A stretch of 64,000 nt of DNA from Tannerellaceae bacterium (lineage in GTDB: Bacteria; Bacteroidota; Bacteroidia; Bacteroidales; Tannerellaceae): NCBI GenBank assembly GCA_031555505.1, contig JAVBUH010000007.1:25378-89377 (forward strand), in the 5' to 3' direction. The first letter of the stretch is position 1. Every line of letters starts with the position of its first letter. The notes below the pieces were generated by a model. It searched no databases and was not told the origin of the DNA. It saw only the letters and a list, made by a program, of their open reading frames with translations. Below are positions 9,219 to 19,606 of this stretch, piece after piece. A program made the position numbers and the translations under genes.

Positions 9219-11054
9219 TCAGCGACTGCCCAGATCGTCGTAGAGCGTTTGGAGGAGCGCTTTGCCTTTGCGAATACGGCGGCCGCCACCTTCGACAGGA
9301 TCGTCGAGCAGGGTTTGGAGGCTTTCGTTGTCAAAGACGGAGACACCGGTAGCGTCTATAAAACCAAAACTATTGGGGAAGGTATAAAAAGCATAATGAG
9401 GGACCGTGGGATCAAAGATGTCTTTGCTGAAGGTGAAGCCGGCCACCGGAAGGTTCAGTTGCCGCAGCAAGGTGGCAGCCAGGTCGGTTTGCATCGCCAG
9501 CGTATCGATCCGCATGGGACGCTTCACAGCGCCACCAATCCAGAGCATGGGGATGTGGAAACGTTGGGGAGCAAACTCTTTTACCGTATCGGGATACCGA
9601 AAGCCATGGTCGGATACGAGGATCACCAGTGTATTTTGCCAGGCAGGCAGCGCCTTCATCTGGTCGATAAACTTCCCCAGGCAGCTATCCGTAAAAGCTA
9701 CGGAGTTGAGGTACGGATTCTCCAGGCGTGTATATGGCACCTCAAAAGGCTCATGGCTGCTAAGCGTAAGGAACGTGGTAAGCCAAGGTGTCGCAGCAGT
9801 ACGTTGGCTGATCGATTCGAAGAGATGAGCGAAGGTCACATCATCGTTAGCCCCCCATTTACTCAGGCGCGTATCGAGCGGGAAATCACGGTCGGCAGTG
9901 ATCCGGTTATAGCCCGAACTGAAAAAGTAGCTTTGCATATTGGTGAAGTTGATATCACCGCCATAGAGCATATCCGCCTCATAGCCCACCTGCCCCAACG
10001 ATTTGGCAATGGAAGGAAGTGTCTGGCTCTTGGCCGGGAATTTCATGATCGAGGTGGTGGGTTGTGCCGGGTAACCGTTCAGCACTGACACCAGTCCGCG
10101 GTCCGTACGGAAAGAGTTGGCATACATATTGGTGAACAAGATCCCTTCTTTGGAAAGCTTGTTCAATTGAGGCGTCACGCCCGGCTGTCCACCCAACGCT
10201 TCAATGGCATTAGCCGTGACACTTTCAAGCAGGATGATCAGGATATTCGGGCGGGAAGTTTTCAGCAGTTGTGTTTCCGTATCAGGCGCAGACGTGGGAA
10301 CATAAAGCAGGCTATCTACCGTAGCCTTCCGCTCGGCTTCAGGCAAATAGTCAAACTGCGCGGCGAAATTATGCTGCTTAGCCAATGAAGCGATCAGGCT
10401 GAAACAAGGGTTGATAGCGGCATGATTCAAAAATTGGTTCTTGCTGAAATACACCATTCCCACATTGGCCGTTGAGGTAGTGACGCCCCCCCGGATCGGC
10501 AGAAACAGCGTACCACCCAGCAAGATTACCACCACCGTGCTCCACAGGCGGTTGCCCACCTTCTTTTCGGGGGTATGCGTCAGGACCAACCGGTCGATAA
10601 ACCACCAGATCGCAAACACCGAAACAGCGAACATAAGGAACTGTTTGACAAACGTCTGCCAGGGAATACTGGCCAATGCATCTTTAGGCGATTGCAGATA
10701 GAACAGCGGCGTAGCATCCAACCGGAATTTCCAGTAATGATACAAGGCTATATCAACGGCAAAGATGAGCGACACCAGGATGGCCACTACCCACACATAG
10801 CCACGCATCACCTTATGCAACCAGACGCCCGGCCGCCAAACAGACCACAACACACAGAGCAGCGGAAAAACAGTAAGGTATCCGGCCACCGTACAATCGA
10901 GCAGGATACCATGGCGGATCACTTCCAGCCAGGCTTCGGGCGACACGCCTTCGGCCATGGCAAGGTGGTAGAGCATGAACATCGGCCGCTGAAAAGCAAA
11001 TACCGGCAACCATACCACAAAGAAAAGAAAGAGGAAGAATACCCGCTGTCTCAT
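9219..11054 (-). CDS. LTA synthase family / sulfatase-type phosphoglycerol(ethanolamine) transferase
   Basis: 611 aa with about five N-terminal TM helices followed by a sulfatase-like domain (NILIILLESV ... LVILVSDHGF). Confidence 0.8.
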   Translation of the reverse strand: MRQRVFFLFLFFVVWLPVFAFQRPMFMLYHLAMAEGVSPEAWLEVIRHGILLDCTVAGYLTVFPLLCVLWSVWRPGVWLHKVMRGYVWVVAILVSLIFAVDIALYHYWKFRLDATPLFYLQSPKDALASIPWQTFVKQFLMFAVSVFAIWWFIDRLVLTHTPEKKVGNRLWSTVVVILLGGTLFLPIRGGVTTSTANVGMVYFSKNQFLNHAAINPCFSLIASLAKQHNFAAQFDYLPEAERKATVDSLLYVPTSAPDTETQLLKTSRPNILIILLESVTANAIEALGGQPGVTPQLNKLSKEGILFTNMYANSFRTDRGLVSVLNGYPAQPTTSIMKFPAKSQTLPSIAKSLGQVGYEADMLYGGDINFTNMQSYFFSSGYNRITADRDFPLDTRLSKWGANDDVTFAHLFESISQRTAATPWLTTFLTLSSHEPFEVPYTRLENPYLNSVAFTDSCLGKFIDQMKALPAWQNTLVILVSDHGFRYPDTVKEFAPQRFHIPMLWIGGAVKRPMRIDTLAMQTDLAATLLRQLNLPVAGFTFSKDIFDPTVPHYAFYTFPNSFGFIDATGVSVFDNESLQTLLDDPVEGGGRRIRKGKALLQTLYDDLGSR

Positions 11055-11066
11055 AGCCTGTACGGT

Positions 11067-12761
<1,695 letters not shown>

Positions 12762-12777
12762 TTAACCGATATAGTCG

Positions 12778-12785
12778 TATATTTG
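12778..12785 (+). promoter_or_regulatory. Bacteroides-type -7 promoter box
   Basis: TATATTTG, 48 nt before ATG 12834 (dgkA-like). Confidence 0.5.
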
Positions 12786-12833
12786 CCGGAGTGAGTAGCA
12801 GCACCACCTAAAAGAGTGCGCCCTTACGTATGT

Positions 12834-13211
12834 ATGAAGAAGAAAGCATTTTCATTTCGTGACCGGGCACAGAGTTTCCGGTATGCGTTTGCCGGTATCG
12901 GCCAACTGATACGGCGTGAACACAACGCGTGGATACACTGTACGGTGGCTGTGTGTGTGGTTATCGCCGGTTTCCTGTTCCACCTTTCTGCCGGTGAATG
13001 GATAGCGATCGTGATAGTGAGCGGCGCCGTACTGGCCGCCGAAGCCTTAAACTCCTCCATCGAACTGCTGGCCGACCACCTCTCTCCCGCATACAGCGAA
13101 GCCATCAAGCACGTCAAAGACATGGCCGCCGGCGCCGTACTGCTGCTGGCCATCGCGGCGGCTGTCACCGGCCTGATTATCTTCATACCCAAAATAGCCG
13201 GGCTGTTTTAG
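12834..13211 (+). CDS. dgkA: Diacylglycerol / undecaprenol kinase family protein (DgkA-like)
   Basis: ORF 12816..13211 trimmed to ATG 12834. About 125 aa with three TM helices and the SSIELLADH motif typical of DgkA. A -7 box lies at 12778-12785. Confidence 0.75.
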   Translation: MKKKAFSFRDRAQSFRYAFAGIGQLIRREHNAWIHCTVAVCVVIAGFLFHLSAGEWIAIVIVSGAVLAAEALNSSIELLADHLSPAYSEAIKHVKDMAAGAVLLLAIAAAVTGLIIFIPKIAGLF

Positions 13212-13223
13212 TAATAACATCTT

Positions 13224-13760
13224 CCTCCCCCCTTATACAACTGCTTGCCGCGAATCTGCTTTCACGCTGTCACTTTCTGCATCCACTCAGCAAGTTACGG
13301 TGACAGGAGGGCGAGGAAAGCCGTTCTCACGTCACTGTTGCCATCACTCGGCATGCAGAAGGCCTGTTGTAGACATAAGCAAGGTCTTTTGCTGCCTTCG
13401 TTATGTTCTTTTCGTTCCACAACTGTGAAGTCCTCGTCCCACAACTGTGAAGTCCCCGTCCCACAGCTGTGAAATCTTCGCTTCACAGCTATGGAACGGA
13501 GATTCCGCAACCGTGGAAAGATCCCTCCGCATTTGTGGAATGATCCCTTCAGCAGTGTGGAGATCGATAAACATCAGCGCGATGGTAATTCATCTTGCAG
13601 ATGGTTGCCATAGTCGATGCTCATGCTAACATGAATTAGTGATAGCAGAAGTGACAGGAGAACGGCTTCCCTCGCCCTCCTGTCACCGTAACTTGCTGAG
13701 TGGATGCAGAAAGTGACAGCGTGAAAGCAGATTCGGAGCAAGGAGTTGTATACGGAGAGG
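13224..13760. mobile_element. MITE-like non-autonomous element: ~110-bp terminal inverted repeats around a 315-bp core with a 22-bp minisatellite
   Basis: The left arm 13224-13335 is the reverse complement of the right arm 13651-13760. The inner ~77 nt (GAATCTGCTTTCACGCTGTCACTTTCTGCATCC...GCCGTTCTC) differ at one position by my count. No transposase or clear target-site duplication was seen. Confidence 0.5.
13415..13568. repeat. Seven head-to-tail degenerate 22-bp direct repeats (minisatellite)
   Basis: Units start at 13415, 13437, 13459, 13481, 13503, 13525 and 13547. They read ttccacaactgtgaagtcctcg, tcccacaactgtgaagtccccg, tcccacagctgtgaaatcttcg, cttcacagctatggaacggaga, ttccgcaaccgtggaaagatcc, ctccgcatttgtggaatgatcc, cttcagcagtgtggagatcgat. 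Confidence 0.9.
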
Positions 13761-13815
13761 TAAGGATTAAAATAATCCGGGGCTTTCTCCGTTAGTAGGG
13801 GAAAGAGTTATCGCA

Positions 13816-14382
13816 ATGCGTATTATTTTATCTTGTCTATTACTCGTACTGACTTATTCGCTGCCGGCACAAACGGCAACATCTCCCATAGAAGTGACCG
13901 GCAGCCGTAAGGCAGTCCGCACCTCCGGCGATATCCTGATGCTGCTTACACCGGCGGCCAGTCTGGCGGCCACGCTGGCTTTACAGGATTGGGAAGGGTT
14001 GAAACAGGGCGCACTGACTGGCGTCACAGCCATAGGAACCACCATTATACTGAAACAACTGATAGACAAAGAACGGCCTGATGGCAGCGACAACGATTCT
14101 TTTCCCTCCATGCACGCCACCGTTTCCTTTGCCGGTGCCGCCTTTCTGCAGAAACGTTACGGATGGACGTATGGTATTCCCGCCTACCTACTGTCTGCTT
14201 ATGTAGGCTGGAGCCGGGTATATGGCAAGAAGCACGATTGGTGGGATGTGGCGGCAGGCACTGCTATCGGTATCGGCAGCGGCTATATCTTCACCCATCC
14301 GTATGCAAAGAAACATCACCTGACGATCACCCCCGTAGCAGGAGGAGGACATATAGGCCTGCATGCATCAATGGTGTTCTGA
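13816..14382 (+). CDS. PAP2 superfamily lipid phosphatase (secreted or membrane-associated)
   Basis: 188 aa with a signal peptide. Carries the canonical PAP2 tripartite motif KERPDG ... PSMHAT ... SRVYGKKHDWWDV. Confidence 0.85.
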   Translation: MRIILSCLLLVLTYSLPAQTATSPIEVTGSRKAVRTSGDILMLLTPAASLAATLALQDWEGLKQGALTGVTAIGTTIILKQLIDKERPDGSDNDSFPSMHATVSFAGAAFLQKRYGWTYGIPAYLLSAYVGWSRVYGKKHDWWDVAAGTAIGIGSGYIFTHPYAKKHHLTITPVAGGGHIGLHASMVF

Positions 14383-14385
14383 CCT

Positions 14386-15699
14386 TTATTCGTAATGCAA
14401 CGCCTCGGCCGGCGGGATGCGGGAGGCATTACGTGCAGGGATCCAAATGGCAGCAATAATAACAACGGCCATGATGAACCAGGTGGTCGCATTCGTGATC
14501 AGGAAACGCAGCACCTTACGATCAGGCAGGTAAACTGTATGCATGGCAGTCATGCTATCGTCTTTCCCCATTGTTTCGATCAAATCGGCAACCACAAGCT
14601 GCGATTCGATAATCATCGCCGGCATAGCGGCAAAAGTCAACAGGATCAATCCTTCCATAAAAAAGGCCCCACGGATACCCTTATGCGTGGCTCCCAACGC
14701 CATCAGCAGCCCGATCTCGTTCCGGCGCGTATTGATACGATACCAAAACGTACCCATTACGCACAACAGCATATTAATTAGAAAGAAGGCCATCAGGTAG
14801 GTGCGGATACGGATCTCCGTAGTCCCGCCAAACAACCGGGCAGTATCTTGTTTGATGTCGGCATACGATTGCACACTCAACAGGTAAAAATTCCCGATCC
14901 GCAGTGCATCAGCCATATCGGCTGTAAACCCATCCCGGAAAACCGCATCCGAAATTGAGGCATTGCTGCGGACTGCATAGACCAGGCCTTTCACGCCATT
15001 GGCATCCAACTGGTCGGCGCGTACAGAATGGGATGAATAAAAAGCATGCTGCGGACGATTGTAATCAAACCGCTTGATATCATCCACCACCCCGACGATC
15101 GTATAATGCTTTTCCTGTCGCCACCAGTCAACCACTTCTTTGCCTATCGCACTGTGTCCGGGGAAAAGCTGCGCCTCCGCCGAGCGACTCACCACCATCG
15201 CATTCGGGATCGTCCAGTCAAAATCGTTCATCGATACCGGTTTGCCGTTGCTGGTATATCCGAATACCCGGAAGAAGTCGCCATCCGGACAAGGGGAAAA
15301 CAGTTGGCCGTTCGCTTGCCGCAGTGTATCCGACAGCGGGAAGAAAGTACCCCCGGTAAAATTACCGCTCCACAAACGTGAATTACCGGCGGCTACCGAA
15401 ACCGCTTCCACACCCGGATAGTTGCGTAAGGTCTGGAGGATACGGACATAGTTGGCATAGGCGGCTTCAGCCGAATCTTCTTCCGCCGCATAATCCGGAT
15501 GATCCGAAGGATACACCGCCAGGTTTACCTGCCAGGTATGCGCCGCACTCCGATGGTCGGGGATACTTTTATTATACCCATACACAAAAAAGTAATCCAC
15601 CATGTACCAGATCAGGCAGAACACACACAACAGTTCCACCATTATCCACACATGACTGCGCTTGCGGTTCCACAGTTGCTTGCATATCGTTTTTATCAT
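14386..15699 (-). CDS. FtsX/MacB-type ABC permease, class A, pair 1
   Basis: ORF 14386..15795 trimmed to ATG 15699 (MIKTICKQLWNRKRSHVW); the longer form overlaps the upstream gene. Layout is TM1, a ~200-aa periplasmic domain, then three C-terminal TM helices. C-terminus is PPAEALHYE. Confidence 0.85.
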   Translation of the reverse strand: MIKTICKQLWNRKRSHVWIMVELLCVFCLIWYMVDYFFVYGYNKSIPDHRSAAHTWQVNLAVYPSDHPDYAAEEDSAEAAYANYVRILQTLRNYPGVEAVSVAAGNSRLWSGNFTGGTFFPLSDTLRQANGQLFSPCPDGDFFRVFGYTSNGKPVSMNDFDWTIPNAMVVSRSAEAQLFPGHSAIGKEVVDWWRQEKHYTIVGVVDDIKRFDYNRPQHAFYSSHSVRADQLDANGVKGLVYAVRSNASISDAVFRDGFTADMADALRIGNFYLLSVQSYADIKQDTARLFGGTTEIRIRTYLMAFFLINMLLCVMGTFWYRINTRRNEIGLLMALGATHKGIRGAFFMEGLILLTFAAMPAMIIESQLVVADLIETMGKDDSMTAMHTVYLPDRKVLRFLITNATTWFIMAVVIIAAIWIPARNASRIPPAEALHYE

Positions 15700-15707
15700 A
15701 GCCGGTA

Positions 15708-17003
15708 TCAATGAAGGTTTAACGAATAAATGATTTCCCTGCGGGATGCCCGCCACGCCGGAATGAACACAGACAACAGATTCAGCACAAAGCAAAAGCC
15801 CAGCGCAATCAGGAACACCGGCATATTGAGCAACATGGTGGGCGAGAAATCTACCACCGGCCCCTCGGCTGGTGTGAGGATCATCTGTTTACCGATCGTC
15901 ATAATCCAGTCGTTGCTTAACAGGATCAGTACATACGAGAACAACAGGCCCACAGCTCCCCCCAACAGGGTAAACAGGAAATTCTCGGCCATCAGTTGTA
16001 CCAACAGCCGTTCTTTCGGAGCACCGAAGGAACGACGTATACCCATCTCGCTCAGGCGGCGCTCCATGCGTGAATCGGCCATGCCCGAGAGGCTGACAGC
16101 GGGCACAAGCAACAGCGCCAGGAAAAGCAGGCCATAGGTGAGGAATATCTTCGAAAAGTCGGGCGCCACATTCGACCAAAAGCGGAACACATGCTCCCAA
16201 TGCTTGTCGGGTTGCCCGTTCAGTGTCAGTTCTATGGGTGCATATTGTCCGGCATACCGGCGTACATTCGCCTCTATTTCCTGCTTCAACGCATCCATTT
16301 TCGCTGCAGAAGCGGCCAGCATATATACCTGCATACGACCCAGCGCGGCTGTCTGTCCAAACCGGCTGTCATAATCAGGGCGTACCGTATAAGGCACCCA
16401 TAACTGGGCATACGACACTTCAGTTGCCTGCGACACATCGCTCACTACGCCACACACCCGATACGATTCAAAGTCAAGGCTCACATACTGGCCCACCGCC
16501 TCTTCCGCTCCGAATAAGCGCTGTGCCAGTGTAGAGGAGATAACGGCCGTGCGGATACCCGATTGCAGATCGGCCTCCGTAAACGGTTTCCCTTCGTGGA
16601 AACGGAAAGAGAAGACTTTCCAAAAGTCCGTATCCGTGAACTTCACTGTCACCGGCCACTGGTCCTTACTCCCTTCCGGCTGGATATAATTCACATTGAA
16701 CGACTGGCAGATACGGCTCACCGCTTCCACCTCTTTCAGGGAAGAGAAACAGCTTTGCACAAAGGAATGAGAGAGCGAGCCGCTGCTGGAACCTTTTTCG
16801 GCATACTTTTCCTGGGCGCTTTTCACGATCAGCATCCGGTCGCGGTTCGTCTCCGGATAGATATTGGCCACCTTGATGTAATACACGATAGACAGTACCA
16901 TCACCGCGGCGATGGACAAGCCTGTCCCGACGATATAGATCGAGCTGAACAGCTTTTCCTGCCGGATCAGGTTCCAGGCTTGTTTGAAGTAGTTTATTAG
17001 CAT
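15708..17003 (-). CDS. FtsX/MacB-type ABC permease, class B, pair 1
   Basis: 431 aa with N-terminus MLINYFKQAWNLIRQEKLF. Coupling loop RRLSEMGIRRSFGA. C-terminus IPAWRASRREIIYSLNLH. Confidence 0.85.
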   Translation of the reverse strand: MLINYFKQAWNLIRQEKLFSSIYIVGTGLSIAAVMVLSIVYYIKVANIYPETNRDRMLIVKSAQEKYAEKGSSSGSLSHSFVQSCFSSLKEVEAVSRICQSFNVNYIQPEGSKDQWPVTVKFTDTDFWKVFSFRFHEGKPFTEADLQSGIRTAVISSTLAQRLFGAEEAVGQYVSLDFESYRVCGVVSDVSQATEVSYAQLWVPYTVRPDYDSRFGQTAALGRMQVYMLAASAAKMDALKQEIEANVRRYAGQYAPIELTLNGQPDKHWEHVFRFWSNVAPDFSKIFLTYGLLFLALLLVPAVSLSGMADSRMERRLSEMGIRRSFGAPKERLLVQLMAENFLFTLLGGAVGLLFSYVLILLSNDWIMTIGKQMILTPAEGPVVDFSPTMLLNMPVFLIALGFCFVLNLLSVFIPAWRASRREIIYSLNLH

Positions 17004-17017
17004 CGTTAGTTAATTGA

Positions 17018-18274
17018 TTATTCATAATGCAGCGCCTCTGCCGGTTGGACCGTAGCCGCCTGCCGGGCAGGATACCAGATACCAATGATGATCATCAGCG
17101 CCATCAGCCCGAAGGTGATCAGGGTACCGGCCAGGAAGCGGAGGACCGTAAAATCAACACGTCCCACCTCAACCACCTCTGCCAGTCCGAGGTTCAGGCA
17201 AATAATAGCGGAAGGGATCGTAGCCAGTCCCAACAGGATCATCCCCTCCTCGATCAGGATGGCGATCAGGCTGCGGGGCGTGCCGCCGAGGGCTACACGC
17301 AAGCCCATCTCTCCTTTCCGGGCTTCGGTGCGTACCCAGAAGGTGCCGATGATACCCAGGAAGATATTCAGCAGCAGGAAGAAGAGGACGGCCAGTTGGG
17401 TATGCAGTGCGTTGCTGTCGTCGCCCACAAAATAGTCGTGGAAAGATTCGACGGTCCGGATGTCCAACAGATAGACATTCCCTACCGAAAGTTGCGCATC
17501 CATGTCAGCCCGGAAACGTTTGGCAAAGTCTTTATCGGCATCGGGTGCAACACGAATACACAAGTCGATCGCATATACATCCTCCGGTTTGGCTCCGGCC
17601 ATGATAGCCGGGGTCAGTATGTCATAGAACGCATAATCGGCTTTGTGGTATTCGGTATACCGCAATTTTTGGGTGACGGCGGCGACCGATCTATACCGTT
17701 CGGTATTCTCTTTGTCCTGCGGATAATGCAGGAGTTGGCCAATTCCCGAAGAGTTGCCGAAAAGGGTAGCTTCCATATCTTCGGTGATCACGAAAGTCTT
17801 CTCATTCAGGCCATCGATAGGGATATCGCGTCCATCTTTGCCCTTGATGTTGAATACCCGGAAATAATCGGGTGTCACCGTCAGCAGGCGGCCCGGAATA
17901 TAGTTGGCGGTGTCGGCGCCCACTTGTCGTCCGCGCCTGTTCTGGCAATACGGATAAGCGGCGCGGGAATACGATACTGCTTCCACGCCGGGATAGGTAC
18001 GGATTCGGTCGGCGATGGTTAACAGGTCTTCACCTGTTGTGGTAGCCTTCCTGTCCAACGGGATATACCCTTCGCTTTCGTTCCCTTTTTCAGACAAGGC
18101 AATATAATAGGTATGCTCCGTATCGTACCCTTTGGGCGACGTAAGCGTATAGCCGGTCACCAACAGATAATCTACAATATACCAGAGAAACACCGACACG
18201 AGTAATAACTCTACCCAAATCCACGCGTTCGTCTTTCGCTGGTTCCAGATGATAGAAAATAAATGTCTGATCAT
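17018..18274 (-). CDS. FtsX/MacB-type ABC permease, class A, pair 2
   Basis: 418 aa with N-terminus MIRHLFSIIWNQRKTNAWIWVELLLV. Coupling loop RKGEMGLRVALGG. C-terminus QPAEALHYE. Confidence 0.88.
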   Translation of the reverse strand: MIRHLFSIIWNQRKTNAWIWVELLLVSVFLWYIVDYLLVTGYTLTSPKGYDTEHTYYIALSEKGNESEGYIPLDRKATTTGEDLLTIADRIRTYPGVEAVSYSRAAYPYCQNRRGRQVGADTANYIPGRLLTVTPDYFRVFNIKGKDGRDIPIDGLNEKTFVITEDMEATLFGNSSGIGQLLHYPQDKENTERYRSVAAVTQKLRYTEYHKADYAFYDILTPAIMAGAKPEDVYAIDLCIRVAPDADKDFAKRFRADMDAQLSVGNVYLLDIRTVESFHDYFVGDDSNALHTQLAVLFFLLLNIFLGIIGTFWVRTEARKGEMGLRVALGGTPRSLIAILIEEGMILLGLATIPSAIICLNLGLAEVVEVGRVDFTVLRFLAGTLITFGLMALMIIIGIWYPARQAATVQPAEALHYE

Positions 18275-18301
18275 AATTCGTATAGATTAGAGTAGTGAGT
18301 A

Positions 18302-19576
18302 TTAATTATCTTTCAATGCATCCACAATATTGCCCGAGGCTGTGCGGTAGGCCGGGATACCTGCCGAAAGCAGGTTCAGTACCAGGCAGAACACAAAAGC
18401 GTAGACAAAGACCATCGGGTTGAACAGCATCTCTATATTGACCGAAGCCAGGCCGTTGATCTCGCGTCCGCCGGCATAACCCAACAGCCAGCCCTTCAAC
18501 ATAAACAAAGCTCCGTATGATAAGAGCAGCCCGATCACACCGCCGATCAGCGATACCACCAGGTTCTCCGTCAACACCTGCATCATCACCTCACCCCGGG
18601 TAGCGCCGAAAGCTTTGCATACACCGATCTCAGTCATTCGTTTGCGCATCCGCGAAAGCGTCATACCCGACAGGTTGATGGCCGGAACGAGCAAGAGTAT
18701 CAGGATGATGACGGCATAGCGCACCATCGTACCCCTGGTACTCGGCTTGGCAGCACTGGTACGTGTTTGCAATTCGAAATGGGTCTCCGGTTGTCCGTTG
18801 AGCACATATTCATAGTCGGTAAGCGTGGTGTTGTATTGTTTGACACGCTGTTCGGCTTCGGCCCGGATCGCCGGAAAATCGGCAGGCGACCTGGCTAGTA
18901 AATACACCTGGAACAGCCCCAGTATATCTTCCGTAAATGAGATCTGCATAAATTTATCGGCGCTATACGGTATCCATATCTGGGCGTAGGCCGATTCGGC
19001 CAGGATAGTGACGTCTTTCACCACGCCGCAGACAGTGAATAGTTCATGGCTCAGCAGCATCTCTTTACCTACGATGTCGGTCGTACCGAATAGTTTACGC
19101 GCTACCGTTTCACAGACGACAACCGTTTTGATCCCCGATGTCACGTCGGCTTCCGTATACGGCTTCCCGGCAATGAATGCGAAATTGAACACTTTCCAGA
19201 AATTTTCGTCGGTATTCAGCAAATCCCCATTGAACTTGTTTTTTCCGCCCGGAACGGATGCCAGTTTGGAACGGAAACGGGCGGCAAAAGCCACCGTCTC
19301 TACCGATTGCAGGCCGCGATAACAAGCCTTGATGGTTTTGAGCGACAGGTTGGAATTACTGTCGCCGCCTTTCTTTCCCAATGCTGTAGCCCATGTCACA
19401 TACAGCATCCGGCTGCGGTTACCCTCAGGCTGATAATCGGCGTTCCGCACCTCATACACAATCACGATCACCATGATCATACAGATCGCCAATGCCGTAC
19501 CGACAATCGACACCACGCCCAGCAGCGGGTTCTCCCGCAATGCCGCCATCGCTTGTTTAAAATAGACCTTATACAT
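18302..19576 (-). CDS. FtsX/MacB-type ABC permease, class B, pair 2
   Basis: 424 aa with N-terminus MYKVYFKQAMAALRENPLLGVVSIVGTALAICMIM. Coupling loop RKRMTEIGVCKAFGA. C-terminus IPAYRTASGNIVDALKDN. Confidence 0.88.
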   Translation of the reverse strand: MYKVYFKQAMAALRENPLLGVVSIVGTALAICMIMVIVIVYEVRNADYQPEGNRSRMLYVTWATALGKKGGDSNSNLSLKTIKACYRGLQSVETVAFAARFRSKLASVPGGKNKFNGDLLNTDENFWKVFNFAFIAGKPYTEADVTSGIKTVVVCETVARKLFGTTDIVGKEMLLSHELFTVCGVVKDVTILAESAYAQIWIPYSADKFMQISFTEDILGLFQVYLLARSPADFPAIRAEAEQRVKQYNTTLTDYEYVLNGQPETHFELQTRTSAAKPSTRGTMVRYAVIILILLLVPAINLSGMTLSRMRKRMTEIGVCKAFGATRGEVMMQVLTENLVVSLIGGVIGLLLSYGALFMLKGWLLGYAGGREINGLASVNIEMLFNPMVFVYAFVFCLVLNLLSAGIPAYRTASGNIVDALKDN

Positions 19577-19606
19577 ATTTATTTACCTTTTTCTACTAAC
19601 TACAGT

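Noticed and set aside
13415-13568. Possible CRISPR array, given regular short repeats in a non-coding region
   Set aside because: The 22-nt units are contiguous with no unique spacers and degenerate progressively. There are no cas genes or leader. It is a minisatellite, not a CRISPR array.
13245-13629. Track ORFs 13245..13472, 13295..13510(-) and 13447..13629 inside the MITE-like element
   Set aside because: They are translations of inverted and tandem repeats, with non-ATG starts, no promoter box and repetitive low-information peptides.
15700-15795. N-terminal extensions of track ORFs: 14386..15795, 20875..22233, 28206..29528, 50300..51337, 11067..12758 and 56914..57549
   Set aside because: The extensions overlap the upstream gene or a promoter box. 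Internal ATGs give N-termini that align with paralogues or with family consensus.
17027-18022. 331-aa plus-strand ORF, and similar long antisense ORFs (9075..10088, 10575..11336, 12018..12662, 33745..34428, 55665..56327, 58348..59130, 60825..61418, 63148..63771)
   Set aside because: Each lies antisense within a gene that has clear family motifs. Their products are Arg/Gly/His-rich with no motifs, as is typical of shadow frames in ~50% GC DNA.
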